Shown here one piece after another: positions 1 to 16,969 of a DNA stretch of 64,000 bases; within the stretch, counting starts at the first letter, position 1, and each line of letters opens with the position of its first letter. Made by a program: the position numbers and the translations under genes. The stretch covers positions 1,240,001-1,304,000 of the forward strand of contig JBBPEB010000009.1 of assembly GCA_039096225.1 (NCBI GenBank). Direction: 5' to 3'. Origin of the DNA: Blastocystis sp. Blastoise. Taxonomy: Eukaryota; Protista; Bigyra: Opalinata. The notes under the pieces are model-generated. The model did no database searches. It had not been told where the DNA came from and worked only from the letters and a program-made list of their open reading frames with translations.

Positions 1-48
<48 letters not shown>

Positions 49-162
49 TCATAACGTCGATCTCTGAAATCTTTAACGGTGTTAACATAAAAGGGGTGTT
101 CTCTCATGCACGTGGTAGCCTCTCGAATCTCATTGGATGTATCTTTGACACGTTTATATCCC

Positions 163-199
<37 letters not shown>

Positions 200-1736
200 T
201 ATACCTTCCTACAATAATCCTTAATACGGTTCTTTAACGTTACAACAAACTCATCTTTTGCATTCCCCGTACGAATTTCTTTCCCCTGTACACGAAAGTC
301 TTGTTCTAATTGGTTCCTGATATGTTTGTATTCCCCATTTGTTAACGGATAATAATCACCCCTCCAACGCCATTCTAATACACGCTTACAAAGATTACTC
401 TCCTATATATATATATAAAGAATAACTAGTATATATATATAAATTATTATATAAACTAATTATTATGTATATATAAAAAGATAAACTAGCATATAATAAA
501 TAATTAGCTACATATATATATATATATATATATACCTTATTATAACTACAGCTACTACAAATATCTCTATTGACTACAGAGCATGGTTCTAATCTATTTG
601 TTAATATAATATTAGGATACATAGCTCCTACATCTAAGTGATATATGACTGGTCGTTCTTGACGTTTCGGACGATCTCGTAACGCTTCTAAACCGTAAAT
701 TATCTGCTGACGAACTTCATCATAATTAACGACATCATGACGTTTATACTATATATATATATATAAGTTTAGATAGAGAAATAGAAATAATGATTTTTAT
801 TATAAAAAATTCACAAAAAATATATAATAATAATAATAATAAAAATAATAATATATACTCCATTTTCAACTTCAATAGTAAAATTAAGTTGTTCATCAAT
901 TTTATTAATAAGTTCTGTATATGCAGTCGGATCCAAATTAAAATCAGTTTCTAGATCATTTCTATATACACCACTTTCTAGGCATTCTACTGTTCCTCCT
1001 ATATACGTTTCTGTCTCTAATAAATGACCATTATAAAAACGTAATGGATCTTCCATCTATATAATAAGTATAATAATAGTAATAATAATAATTAATTATT
1101 ATATATAATTGGTATAATTCATAATAATAATAATAATAAACATTATAATAATAATAAACAATAACATAAATATAATAATAATAATAATAAGTATTAAAAT
1201 AAAAATATAATAATATAATAATAAACATTAGCATAATATAATCTATATATACAACTTTATTAGGGAATATAATATGTTCTTTATAAGCTTCTACCATTAA
1301 TAATGTTTCACATAATGTACCACTTCCTTTTCTTAATACATCTTCTGCTACTAATGGAATAATAGTACATAATGAATAAATAAATAAATGAACATATTTC
1401 TTATATAAGTAATATGTAGCTACAGCATCAGAAACAGAATAACTTGCCATATAAAATGGATTCTCCATCGCTTGTTTTTGCATTTCTTCCGCGGGAATTT
1501 CAATAGGATCATATCCTAATTTATATTTAGTAACAGCTTTTAAACCTCTGCTTCCTTGAGGTAAATAACTGTCTCTATTTACCCACGCAAATGCATCCAA
1601 ATGAACTATATATATATAGTTAAAAAATTTGATACATAATAATAAAAATATTATATTTAGAGTTAAAAATGACAATATATATATAAATGTAAAGAATCAA
1701 AAATTTATAATAACAATAATATATTTACAGTTAATA

Positions 1737-1767
<31 letters not shown>

Positions 1768-2803
1768 CCAGCACATCTTCCTCTAAATTCTCCTTGAACG
1801 TCGCGAATACCAATTTCTCTTTCCATATCTATGTTATAGTGTTTCGAACGATCCCTCACAAACGGCCAATCAAAGAAATCACCGTTAAATGTCACAAAAA
1901 TCTGAGGTTTCTCTGACTATATATTATTATTAAAATTTACACATATTATTATTATATTATTATATTATTATTAATATACTAATTATATATAAATAATATT
2001 ATATCTATATTTACTTTAATAAGTGAATAGAATCGATATAGTAATCCTTCTTCATTCAATTCATTAAATACAATAAACGGACCCGGATAATCAGGCTTTG
2101 GAGTATAACTATATATATATATTAATATAACTATATATATTGAATCAATACATCATTTAATAAATAATTAATATATATATAGAATCAATACATCATTTAA
2201 TAATAAATAATTAATATATATATAATTATATATTACCTAAAATCTTGAATATCTTGAGAAACAAATTCTCGATTAATAATTAAATAACCCTGGGAATTAA
2301 TCATTATAGAAATCATATAAATAGAATCATTTTCAGCATTTGGAAACTTTAATGGTTCTTTCGAACATTCTATATCAAAAGCAAAGATCTTTGGATCTGA
2401 CGTAGCTACCATATCCTCCAATCGTTTTACCTAATTGTACATATAAAATAAAATATATATTTATATATATTTATATATATTTTTAATATATATATTTATT
2501 CAATAAATAGAAATAAGAATAAACAATAAATAGAATATATTTAATATATATATAACACTTATAAATCATATAATATATATATATATATATACAAGTATAT
2601 GTCCATGTTCAGGTGTGACTTCAAACCATGATCCTATACGTATATTATTATCTATACATACTCTACATATATAGGGCACATCATATTCACGAATATCTAT
2701 CATATAACTAGAGGCAGGAGCATGTACTATCTCCTCTTCTGTATCTATAGCTATATACATATGAATATAACAATACTGATCAATAAATATATATATAGTA
2801 ATA

Positions 2804-2834
<31 letters not shown>

Positions 2835-3643
2835 ATCAAATATAATAAAATATAATAAATAATATAATTTCTTTTATATATATACGTTGTTTAGTATTTT
2901 TATTTTTATCTATTGCATTCATAATTTCTTTTCGGACTCTCATCAAATCTTGAACATTATGAAATATAATCTTTATATATTGACTCCATCTATAATATAT
3001 ATATATATAATTAATATTTTATTTGCTAATAATAGAGAAAATAATATATATAATAATAATAATAAATAACTATATATATACTCTGCAACTAAGTGATTTG
3101 GTTTATCCATGTCTAATTTACGTTCTATTTCTACAGATGCAATATAATCGCGGTAAACTCGCTCTATATAAGTCATTACTGCACGCTCTTTTCCCTCCTT
3201 TGCAAATACATAAAAATAAGGTCTATACATATATATAATTATAGAGTATATAAACAACAATGAAATAATAAACATAGAAAGGTAGATAGATTTTATAGAA
3301 AGTATACCTATACATAAATGTTCCTTTGAAAACATCTCCAGATTGTTCAATAAAAAATAATTCAACACCCGCTTCAGCAGGACTTCCTTCTTGTTCAATG
3401 CTCGTGGCAACAATATTAAGAAGCCAACCTACTTTACTATCACCTTCTTTGAATTCTTCATAGCCGAATTCTATATAAATTTGATTAAAACAAAACAATA
3501 AAAATCGACATACGTGCATCAAGTAAAGCATTTTGTTCTCTTATTGCTGATTCTGTTTGATCGATAGTATCATCTAACTGATTTAAAGGTATATCTTCTT
3601 GAAAATCATTTTCTTCGTCTTGATAATCATCATCTCTTTCCAT
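1..3643 (-). CDS. POLE: DNA polymerase epsilon catalytic subunit (N-terminal part, multi-exon; continues past window start)
   Basis: Spliced translation starts MERDDDYQ (ATG 3641-3643). It contains [24 protein letters not shown] (ExoI), [47 protein letters not shown] and [19 protein letters not shown]. The introns I traced are GT-AG. Confidence 0.97.
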
Positions 3644-3801
3644 TTTTCTTGTTTCTCTTAGTCAAGTTCTTTTTTATAATATATAGTATATAAATAGAAA
3701 ATGACAAAAACTAATAAGATAAAAACAACAGAAAGAATCAATTATGAATTATTTAAATGTCATTTTAAAAAACCACAATTATTTTTTGGTGCCTAAAACA
3801 A

Positions 3802-3810
3802 CCCGCCAAA
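3802..3810 (-). promoter_or_regulatory. E2F-like site TTTGGCGGG upstream of POLE
   Basis: GC-rich match to WTTSSCSS about 160 bp upstream of the POLE ATG in otherwise AT-rich DNA. Confidence 0.4.
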
Positions 3811-4233
3811 TCAAAAGAGAATTCCCAAGTTTATTTATTTTTTATCACTGAAAATTTAAAAAAACACGTATTTATTTGACGGAAGGAAAATTAAAATAAA
3901 AAGAGTTTCAAGATTTTCTGCTTATTGACTTTTAATACAGTTTTATATAATGAAAAGATGAAAATATATAATTTTAAGCATTTATATCATCAAAGAACTA
4001 TTATTTTGTGCATGACGATGAATTTGACAATCAAAAGTGAATAATCATGAATCAAATTTTGTTAATCTCTTTTACATATAGATTTTTCAGTTGATTGAAT
4101 ATATGGGAAATCATATCAGAATAAGTAAAACGCGTTATATAAAGATTAAAAAAGAAATGCTTCAAAAAATGTTAAAATATATGTATATATAATTTTTCGT
4201 GTACTCATTACCTAGAGCAGTTCATGCTATTAT

Positions 4234-5342
4234 TTAGTTTCCTTTATAATGTTCAATCACTTGTTTGGAGAAAGACTCAAAAGTATCATTCATAATACTA
4301 TTTCTAATATTTTTCATATATAATATGTAATGATGCATATTATGTTGTAGAAGTAACATAGTCCCTAGTAATTCATGTACATCTAATAAATGATTGATAT
4401 AACCGCGGGTGAATGTCTTACATGTATAGCAAGTGCATCCCTTACAAAGAGGAGAATGATCTTCATGATAATGAATATTCGATAAATCTAATACTGTAGT
4501 ATCTATATAATCATTTATTAAATTATATACAGTTATATATAGAGTTAAATATATTATTATTGTTATATAAATAATGTTATATATATTATTATTAAAACAC
4601 TAAAATATTCATGATTATATATATAAGTATATATACCATCTTCTTCATTTGAATAATAATTTTCACCATTCCAAAAACTATAATTTATATAATAATAAAT
4701 AGATAATATAATAATATATATATAATGAATAATAATACTAGAATAATGTATAATAATAAATATATAATAATAATAATAGAATAATGTATAATAATAAATA
4801 TATAAAAAATAATAAATATATAATGAATAATAAATATATAATGAATAATATATATATATATATATATACATAGATGCTTGTCCATGTTCAGCGAGATAGA
4901 GAGGGAGTGAACAAGGGAATATATCCATACCTTTCTGAACACATTCTAATATCTATATATATATATATAATGTTCTATATATAAAAAAAATATGTAAAGT
5001 ATATTATTAATAAAGATATATATATATATATACTTCGAGTGGAGTTTGAGGTCCAGTAATATAACGTAGTTTCTCCTTTGGAACACAATCGAGAATAGTA
5101 TTTATCATAGAATCACGTTCTTCTATAGTTTCTCCTAAGTATAAACCGCCAACAGATATGCCTATAATAAACATTCTTATATATATACATAGTATAATTA
5201 TTATATATATGATATTATTATCATATTTTTCTAATTATATTTCAAATATTTTTCATAATCCACAATATTCTTATATAATATAAAAAAAATAAAAATAAAC
5301 ATATAAATTATATATATATAAAATTTATAAATAATATAAATC

Positions 5343-5378
<36 letters not shown>

Positions 5379-6158
5379 ACCTTGAATATTCTTTTGACTC
5401 ACACGAGTAGCATGTTCTTTTAATAATCCCAAATGTTTATATGCATTTATATTACCAATAATAACACTATATATATATATAACATATATATATATATATT
5501 ACCAATAATAACACTATATATATATATAACATATATATATTACCAATAATAACACTATTTGTTTTATTTAATTCAACAGCTTCATCGATCCATTTCTCAG
5601 TATTTGAAAGAGATTGTTTTCCCTTTCTGTTACCTACATTAATTGAAGTCTATATAATATATATATATATATAGTATTTCTATGCGATAAACAAAATATA
5701 CTAAAATGATATATATAATTATTATAATATATTTAATATACTTCATCAGGAATACATGTAAAACTAGAAGGACGCAAAATATTCATATATTCACAATAGT
5801 CAGTAGATGTTATATCACGATTACCATCTTTTGTACTAAATCCAAGTCCTTTACTTCCATGTTTTGTACTAGAGAAATTATCTATATCACGAAACTGAAC
5901 ATGTAAGTAATTATCTGTTAAGCAGGTGACTTCACTCAATGATTTGTTAGATTTCTTTAATGCTTGTAATAATGGATATAAATCACCAAAAGGCATATAA
6001 AAACTAGGTTTTTCGGGAAATTTATCAAGAATATCAAGAGTTAAATAAGGCTGAAAGCCACCACTTGTTTGGAAAAGAATGGCTGGAGTTTGAATAGATC
6101 CAACGGAAAGGACTCTTGCCTTTCCACATATATGAAGCAACTCAATTTTAGTAGACAT
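4234..6158 (-). CDS. QTRT2: Queuine tRNA-ribosyltransferase accessory subunit (TGT family), multi-exon
   Basis: N-terminal ARV..IQTPAILFQTSGGFQPYLT, GISVGGLYLGE and Zn-binding GCTCYTCKTFTRGYINHLL...HN. It lacks the DSGG catalytic motif of QTRT1. Stop TAA at 4234-4236. Confidence 0.88.
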
Positions 6159-6392
6159 AATCCTTAGTGTTTAAGAATAAGTTAATTCTATTAAAAAACA
6201 AATTTTTTTTGGAAGAAAAAAAACATGGGAAATTAACGATTGTCAGAAAATATTGTTAAAATGATTGTTGCATTGATTTTTAAATTAAATACTAGGTGAA
6301 TTCATATATATTAAGTGTTATGAATGCAGCTAAACAATAAGATATAAATTCAAAAGCAATTGTAAAATAATTGAAGAATGAAAATAATTTGT

Positions 6393-8416
<2,024 letters not shown>

Positions 8417-8742
8417 ATTATGATGCTTATTTGCTATATATTTTCTAATAGTAAAGAGAAAACAGATTATATTCACTATTTTCAAAATTATAAAGAGAGT
8501 CAGTTCAAGTTTTAACAATAAAATATATCCTTTCTTTGTCTTCTTTCAACTGTAATTATTAGTTCGTTTAGATATCCTAGAACTGGTTTCTAAATATATG
8601 TGGCAATACAACTATTTTTTCAAACAAAAAGAATTATAACATGATTGAAAAAAGTTATTCATAAAGTGTTCCTCGAATATTCTGATGTATATTATTATAT
8701 GTAGCTCATATTGATTATTGTTATTTCATTTCAAAAACTATG

Positions 8743-8750
8743 AACAAACA
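8743..8750 (-). terminator. TGTTTGTT 3'-end/polyadenylation element downstream of the MBL gene
   Basis: Exact TGTTTGTT on the coding strand about 40 nt after the stop; matches the element described at Blastocystis poly(A) sites. Confidence 0.45.
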
Positions 8751-8788
8751 AAAATAATTAAAATTAGTTTCTTTAAATAAAATTCATT

Positions 8789-10209
8789 TTACAATGAGAA
8801 TTCTATTACTTGTCCATCATAAGCACATTGAGCATTCTCATAACCATCCTAGATATAGTTGTATAAAATAGATATATATTTTTTTTAAATATATATATAT
8901 ATAAGAATAAATCACAATATATACATGTATTAATTGTTGATTAAAGGAATCATGATCCACTCTATGGCACATTCCTACAAAATATATATGTTTTGGAGGT
9001 ATAGGAACATAGAAATGATTTTTTAAATAATCATTTAAATGAAACATAGATATATGTGTTGAATGATGTGTTTGATCTTGATATTGACAATCTATGATCA
9101 ACTATATATATATTATTATTAGTATTATATATATATTATATATTATTATTATATATTATATTATTATTATTATTATAGTATTCTATATTCATTTCTAATT
9201 ATTTCTTATAAGAATTGTTGTTATGTTTATGAATATATATTTATAATTTTATAATTTATAAAAGATTAATAATAATAAATATATACAATTCGTGAGCCAT
9301 TAATATACTGAAGCATTTCATTTGTAATTGAAGAACAATCCGAGATATAACAAAGAGAACCAATTCGAAACGCAGTACACGGAATATCCCCGTGAGGAAC
9401 AGAAAATGCTATTTATATAAGTAATTTCAACAATGTATATAAATAGTATATATAATACATTAATAATATATATAAATATATAATACATTAATAATATATA
9501 TTTATTATATATAATTCATTAAAATAACATATATAATTCATTAAAATAACATATATAATTCATTAAAATAATTTTTAATCATTATAATAATATAAATACC
9601 TTCAATTAAAATATCTTTGATGGAAAAAGATTCGTTGAGGTTTATGGTATGTATATAAAGTTCAGGAAGTGTTCCATGAATAGTATCTATTTCATTCTTA
9701 AATATATATGGATATACTCTTTCTAGATGTGGTTTTACACGATTAGTTGTATAAATCCCTAATGGGCCTTTAAGAATTCGTCTTGTGATATCTCTTAGAT
9801 TATCTATGCCGCCCATAGCATCCTCATGTTCATGAGTGATCAGAACACCATCAATATTCCGGATATTATTCTTGGGAAAGAAGTCTAACACATTATCCCA
9901 CCACAACTTTCCACATTGCAAGTTAAAGATATATAAATTATAGAGTAATTAGTATTTAAATATAATTTTATATATAGAATACAAAAAAATAAAAGAAATT
10001 GTAGCAAAAAAATGATGATTCATGGATATATCAATGATAATAGTTGTTTCCTTGTATTGAAGACATACAGAGATATTTCGTCTATGATTCTTGGATCCTG
10101 GCTCCATAGCAGAATGACACACAGGACAATCACCTAGTAAGCACGATAATACTGGAATGCCCTCACTTGTTCCTGTGCCTATAAATAGTAACTTCGCTGT
10201 AGAATCCAT
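8789..10209 (-). CDS. PhnP-like metallo-beta-lactamase fold hydrolase, multi-exon
   Basis: FIGTGTSEGIPVLSC..CPVC, KNHRRNIS, IIIDCGK, LITHEHEDAMGG (HxHxD motif), VPHG, YISD, GMCH, AYDG. Stop at 8789-8791. Confidence 0.9.
9916..10029 (-). other. U12-type intron in MBL gene, AT..AA termini
   Basis: 5' end ATATCCATG; branch TCTTTAAC followed by TTGCAA. Removal restores the conserved IIID|CGK. Confidence 0.75.
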
Positions 10210-11066
10210 AAAAAAATCTGAATTAGAATAATAATTAAAAAAATGAGTGCTAGTTCGATGAGAATATTGTAGTTTTCTAAGCATCAATGTCTCAGCAATA
10301 AATAGATCATTATGTTATGTCTAGATTTCTCTTTAATTCTTTAGAAACGTATAAATTTAATAATAATCATCAATAATGAAGTCTTTTAAACAAACGAAAT
10401 GATTAGGAGACATATTTATATATCAGAACATATACTTTGACATATATATTTACATACATAAAGATATATACTTTTAACTATAAAAAAAGAAAAGAATTCT
10501 TTAATAAAAACGGAAAAGAAAATGAGACAACCAGAATAAATGAATACTAATTATATATAGAGATAAAATAAATCATCATAAATATATAAAGAAATAAAAC
10601 ACAAGAAAAAATAAAATAATTTAGTATATATAATAGGAGAAATATATCTTAAAATATATTTAAAAAAAAAAAGATATTTCAGGAAAATAAAAGTATAAAA
10701 AAAAAATAAAAAGAAACGAGCAAAAAGCGTCTGAAAAAGATTTTAAAATAAATGTAAAAAACGGAAAAAAATAGGAAAAAAGATATAAATAATTAAGAAA
10801 AGAGAAAAGAGAGAAAAAAGGAATAGATTATGAAAGAAGATATATATATAAAGAGAAAGAGAGAGAATAATTTAATACTAAGAATGAAATGAAGTAATTG
10901 TACACAATACTACATTACCTAAATGATTAATATATATATATGTATATATATGTGTATATATGTATATAATAAGAATCTAAGAATAGCAGAACATATAAAG
11001 GTATCAATATAGACAATAGAAATAAATCGTTATTATTCGATATAAAGCAATAGTTGATAATAATAT

Positions 11067-12724
11067 TTAAAGTATCGCTTCGTGTCTTGTCAGTTTTGAA
11101 GATAAGAAGTCAGATACTAACGTATTAATAGAATCATAAGTAATATCATTTGAAGTAGGTAAATAATAACTACCTCTATATATAATAATAATAATATTAT
11201 AAGAAGAAGAAGAAATATAATAATAATAATAATGATAATATATATATATACCTATCCGGTAGGTGAAGAAGGAGTAAAGCGGGACATGTAGTAATATGTG
11301 TTAAATGACGAATCTATATAATATATATATATATAATATATTATAATTATATATATAATTATATTATATATACTTGTTGGGCAACTGATTCATTCTTATC
11401 AGCATAAAAATATTTTAATCTAAAATATTCTTTATTCTTAATAGAGTTTTCCCCTACTTGTTTAAGTAGATCTATTTTATCTTTTATTTCTTCATCACTT
11501 ACTGCATCTTTTTTATCACATAATAAAACTACAGAAGGATAATTATTAATACCTTCAGGATCATTATTCACATCTAATACAGGCCTAGGTAACCTATATA
11601 GTTTATATTATATATATAATGAAGATTTAAAAAATAAAAATAATAATAATAAAAATAATAAAAAACATATAATATAAAAAAACATATAATATAAAAAAAC
11701 ATATAATATAAAAAAAAACAACATATATAATATAAAAAGATAAAACAATAAATATAATAATAGCATACCAAGGATAATTTTCGAGTGCATCTTCTGCAAG
11801 AATACTATCGAGTCCATTAATTTGGCACATAATGCCATCCTTATCAAATATAACACAAGAAGGGTAGCCACTAATATTATACTTGGCAATAAGAGGACGT
11901 AATTCTTTACAATTAAAGCCGATGTTTAACCACGGGAATGTGGATATATAATTATCATAATCGACTTGTTTTTTATCTCCACAACACATAACAACTTCAA
12001 ATTCTTTTCCTTGATCTTTTAATGTATTATATATAGATAATAATTTTGTTGTAAATTTATGACTTGCATTACTCCATGAAGCAGTAAATAATAATATTAA
12101 ACATTTATTCTTTATAGTACTCACGTCAACTTTCTCAAATTTCCGACGAAGATAAGGAGATAAATGTTCATATATAGATAATTCCTTCCATGGAAAAGCA
12201 AATAAATCTTGAGTCATAAATTGTCTAGCATTCAAATTAATAATCTCACCTTCAGGATTTATCATCACCAAAAAAGGAAGAGATACAACTGAATACATCT
12301 TACATAATTGTTCTCTTAAATTCTCATTCTCATAAGGAATTGCATACCAAGGAAATTTCGACATCAATAAATCAAAATTATCCTTTGTCACATCACGAGA
12401 TATAACTACAAGTTCAAATGGTTGCTTATTCTTCTGGCATATTTGATAAGCTTTTGTTATAATAGTAGAGAATTGTCTGCACGTACCACACCAAGTAGCA
12501 CTAATAAAAATAAAACCTTAGAATAATCGACACAAAAGTCGAAATCAAAAAATGAAAGAGTAAAATAGTATAAAAACTTCTCAGTTATTTACACAATATT
12601 ATAGATCAATAATATAAACATACCAAAAATATAATCCAACATATTTTCCATTAATAGACGATGTTTCAACAGTTTTCGTGTTATTAACTAAAACAGATCC
12701 TAGAATACTTGAAAAGTCGAACAT
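11067..12724 (-). CDS. Nucleoredoxin/tryparedoxin-like multi-thioredoxin protein, multi-exon
   Basis: GKYVGLYFCATWCGTCRQF, FELVVISRD, PWYAIPY. The second Trx domain has a degenerate FTASWSNAS, followed by a C-terminal thioredoxin-like domain. Confidence 0.88.
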
Positions 12725-13681
12725 TCAGAAAAAACTCAGGTCTCAACTATTTTATACAGACAAAAAGAAATAGATAAATAAAAATTTTAGAAAATCATAA
12801 TTTAGGAATAAAGCCTTATCCTGTTAAAAACAAATGAGCAAATGAATCCAATATTTTTAATCAAGGGAACAGCAATACTTCTTCCTCACTCAAAACCCCT
12901 CATATGCGCGCAAATGAACTCTTTTTTTAAAATTCCCTTGGAAATATTGATAATCCAAAAGAATTCAAATAAAACAAATGTGTTTATTGTTCTTCAGTTT
13001 TCAATTAAAATTTGGGGAAAAAGAATAATATTTTTTCATTGGGTAATTTGATGCAATAATGTAACTCAAAAAGGAGTCAAATGTTGCCTCATGATATTTT
13101 TCGAGAAAACGTAAGGCTACAATAAAAAACTGCTGATCACTCTTCAAATGTTTACAATAGAGGTACAAGAGGTGATATCTATTCTTGTTTGATACGTTTT
13201 TTAACTTCTTTTCAATACTCTATGAATAAGACACATTTCTAAGTATTGTTAAGACATATATCAAATACTCTGTACACAAGAATATGCCTCTTTCAACAAA
13301 CAAATTTTGGGTTTAGTCTACGAAAATATTCTCATAATTGTGTTTCAATGTTTTCCTTAAAGTCTCGACCTGTTAGGATATATCATATTAAGGTCTAAAA
13401 AAGCTTTGAGTAGTATAGAATTTGAGTAACAAATGTATTTATGTTCTGTTATTTGTAAGAGCATCTTTGGTTATTATTGCTATAACTAAGGAAACACCTA
13501 TAACATTGAATGAGCAAGCTGATAACATTTCTTATGACTTCAAAAACACAGAAGACAATAATTATGGGAAAATACTAGTATTCCAAGGAGATCTTTAATA
13601 TTCCCGTATTTTTCTAAAGATATTTTATTTTAATATTATATTTGTATATTATATAAAAAAGTATAGCGTCTCTCTTTAATA

Positions 13682-14529
13682 ATGAATGATACAAATATTC
13701 TATGGAAGGGGTATAGTAATAATATAATAAGTATAATAAATATAGAACCCTTTTGACAAGTGGACCAAAATATAATTCTTGGCAGCAGGTATTTTCTATA
13801 TTTAGCTAGTTGTTCAAAGAAGAGTCTATGTTTTTATTCATATAAATATATAGAAGTATTTTGTTTTTAAAGCAAATGTGGTTTATTACTTTGATAATTC
13901 CGATATGAAATCTGTCAAAGGTCAATTTGATATCACCAACGATACCTACGTATGTTGGTTAACAGAAAGTATTTATTATCAGAAACTACATATGAATCAT
14001 CCGTATATAATTTATACTATTGACCATTATTGTAATTATTATTTGATGATGTTTAAGAATTCATAAAAGAAATATAGAGATTTTTTTTTAACTTTTTTTT
14101 TTTAACTTTTATATTTAGAGAGCAACGAGTTATGTTGGGAGAAGAATCGGATAAAGTGTTTTTCGTTCTTTATAATACCACAAATTTATGGGAGTTAGGA
14201 TGCGTCACCACTCAAAAACAGGCCCTTCGTCCTCTTTTTGATGATATCATGAATAATACCTGCCGTATATATTATTATGTTATTATAGTTATTATTATGT
14301 TATTATAATGTTTATTATTTTTATGTTTATTATTCTTATGTTTATTATTCTTATGTTTATTATTCTTATGTTTATTATTATAATGAGAATTATTTTATTT
14401 TCTATGATATAGTAATTAATTCTTCTTATTTTTATCGTAAACCTAATAAATATAAATGGAGTAAAATATATTGTTGTCTTACAACTACCAAAGATATGCT
14501 GTTTTTTGAAGATGAAACGTATATATAGA

Positions 14530-14581
<52 letters not shown>

Positions 14582-15909
14582 GTTATTATTATTATTATTA
14601 TTATATATAGCCTTGAGAAATATTCGTTTCGTTTTCGTGTCGAATCGGATTGTCAGATTGAGCGTATACAAGGAACAGAATCCCCACACCGTTACTTATT
14701 AGAGATTCGTCAGCAGGATAAAGGAATACAATTATCTCCTGGAATGAATGAATCGGGTATATATATATTATATATTTTTATTTTTATATATCGTTTATAT
14801 ATTATTTATATTATTATATAGATGTCACTATACTTAACGATTGGTTTTTCGTATTAACATTAATAACGACGGGAATTCCACCTTCTACACCTATTCCTAA
14901 TACGTTCTCCTGGATATTACCCATCGAAATTATGTATAGAAACAATCATATTTCCAGGGGAATATTCGAAGAAGAAGCTATGTTCCATGAAATTCCCATG
15001 GAAATCAGACCAAAAGTATATATTTATATTTTTATTTATTGTTATTATATATAATTATATTGTTGTTGCTACTAGTTATATATATATATACTTATTTCTC
15101 TCTATAGGTGTGGAAATCCTATAGTAATATAACTTTATTCTCTGAGGCTGATTATCAAGATATATCTATATATACAACAAAAACAATTGACCATAAAGAA
15201 GAAGTTTATACATATATACAAACATTAGCCAAACAACTTGGAAAAACAAAAGAAATTGAAAACAACTGTCTTATTGTCATATCCTATTATCTTTATGCAC
15301 ATGTATATATTTATTTATGTATTTATTTATGTATTTATTCTTTTTTATAATTTTTTTTTTTATATTATATTTTTTAATTTTTTTTTTTATTATTTATTAT
15401 ATTTTTTATATTATATTTTTTATATTATATTTTTTAATGTTTTTTTTTTTCATTCTTTTTATAATATTTTTGTCATTTCTATTATATATATATATAGGGA
15501 GCGTATCCTGTGTATAAGACACTTACTCGTTTATATCTCTATCTCGCAAGCATTTTCACACCCTCGGAAGCTCTATCTGTATATATATAAATATATATTT
15601 GAGAGAGAAAGTAAACTAATTATTTATTATATAGTTTATTAATTATATATATACATCCTTTTTGGCACCTTTTGCAACAATGAAAATTACATATAAAGTA
15701 TATTTGTATATGTTATTATTATTATTATTATTATTAATATATTATATAGATTGAGATAGATATATTGACATCTATATTACGTAATTATATGAATGATATA
15801 TATGTATATATTGAGAAGCATTCTGCTGACCCCTCAGCATTTCTATATAACGCCATCACTTCCTGTCTCACAGGTCTACCCTTTGGTGTATATATATATA
15901 TATACACCA

Positions 15910-15973
<64 letters not shown>

Positions 15974-15978
15974 TGAGA

Positions 15979-16039
<61 letters not shown>

Positions 16040-16404
16040 TGAGATATTATTATTATTATATTTCTTTTTCTTATAATAATAACAATAATAATATTGTTAT
16101 ATAGGTGTGGGTACAAGTAATGGATATATATATATATTCAAATTGTTTATACTTTTTCCCTGCAGTGATAACGCTCTTATATTTATATATTAATAAATAT
16201 GATGATAAAAAAGCAAATTTTGATGAAGACTTCTTCACATGTTTTTTACAAAATATTGAGTTTTCCCAGTTTATTCAGAATTACCGCCAAATCTATTCTC
16301 CCTCAAATCCTATTTATAATTATATATCATTCAACTATATGAAAAATCAAAGAAAGAGTCATTGGTATATATTTTACTTATTATTATTAATATCATTTAA
16401 CTTA

Positions 16405-16439
<35 letters not shown>

Positions 16440-16466
16440 GTTATTATTATTATTATTATTAACCAA

Positions 16467-16498
<32 letters not shown>

Positions 16499-16899
16499 CT
16501 GATATATTATGTTTATTATTATTATTATTATCTCTATGATTATATTCACATAGGGAGGCTATCAGTAATGATATTAGTATATATACTACTTCTCAAATTC
16601 AACTTCTTAAAGAACATCAGCAAATAGTTGAAAAAATACAAATATATAAACATTTATATAAAGAGAAATATGAACTATTACTAAAATATTCTAATCAAAA
16701 AGAAACCTCTAAAGAGTCTATAACACAAGAAGATCCTTATTCTCTCTATTATTCGCGGTTATTAGCCATTTTAAGTAAAGCTTATGATACTATATCCAGT
16801 ATTAATACACCTATATATAAATATAAAATATTTATTAATACCAATATATACGATTTAAACAGCTTATATGAATATATACAAGACATTCTTGAAAGCACT

Positions 16900-16969
<70 letters not shown>

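Noticed and set aside
13081-13175. Small spliced uORF-like segment upstream of the PH-TBC gene
   Set aside because: Too short, and unsupported without transcript data.
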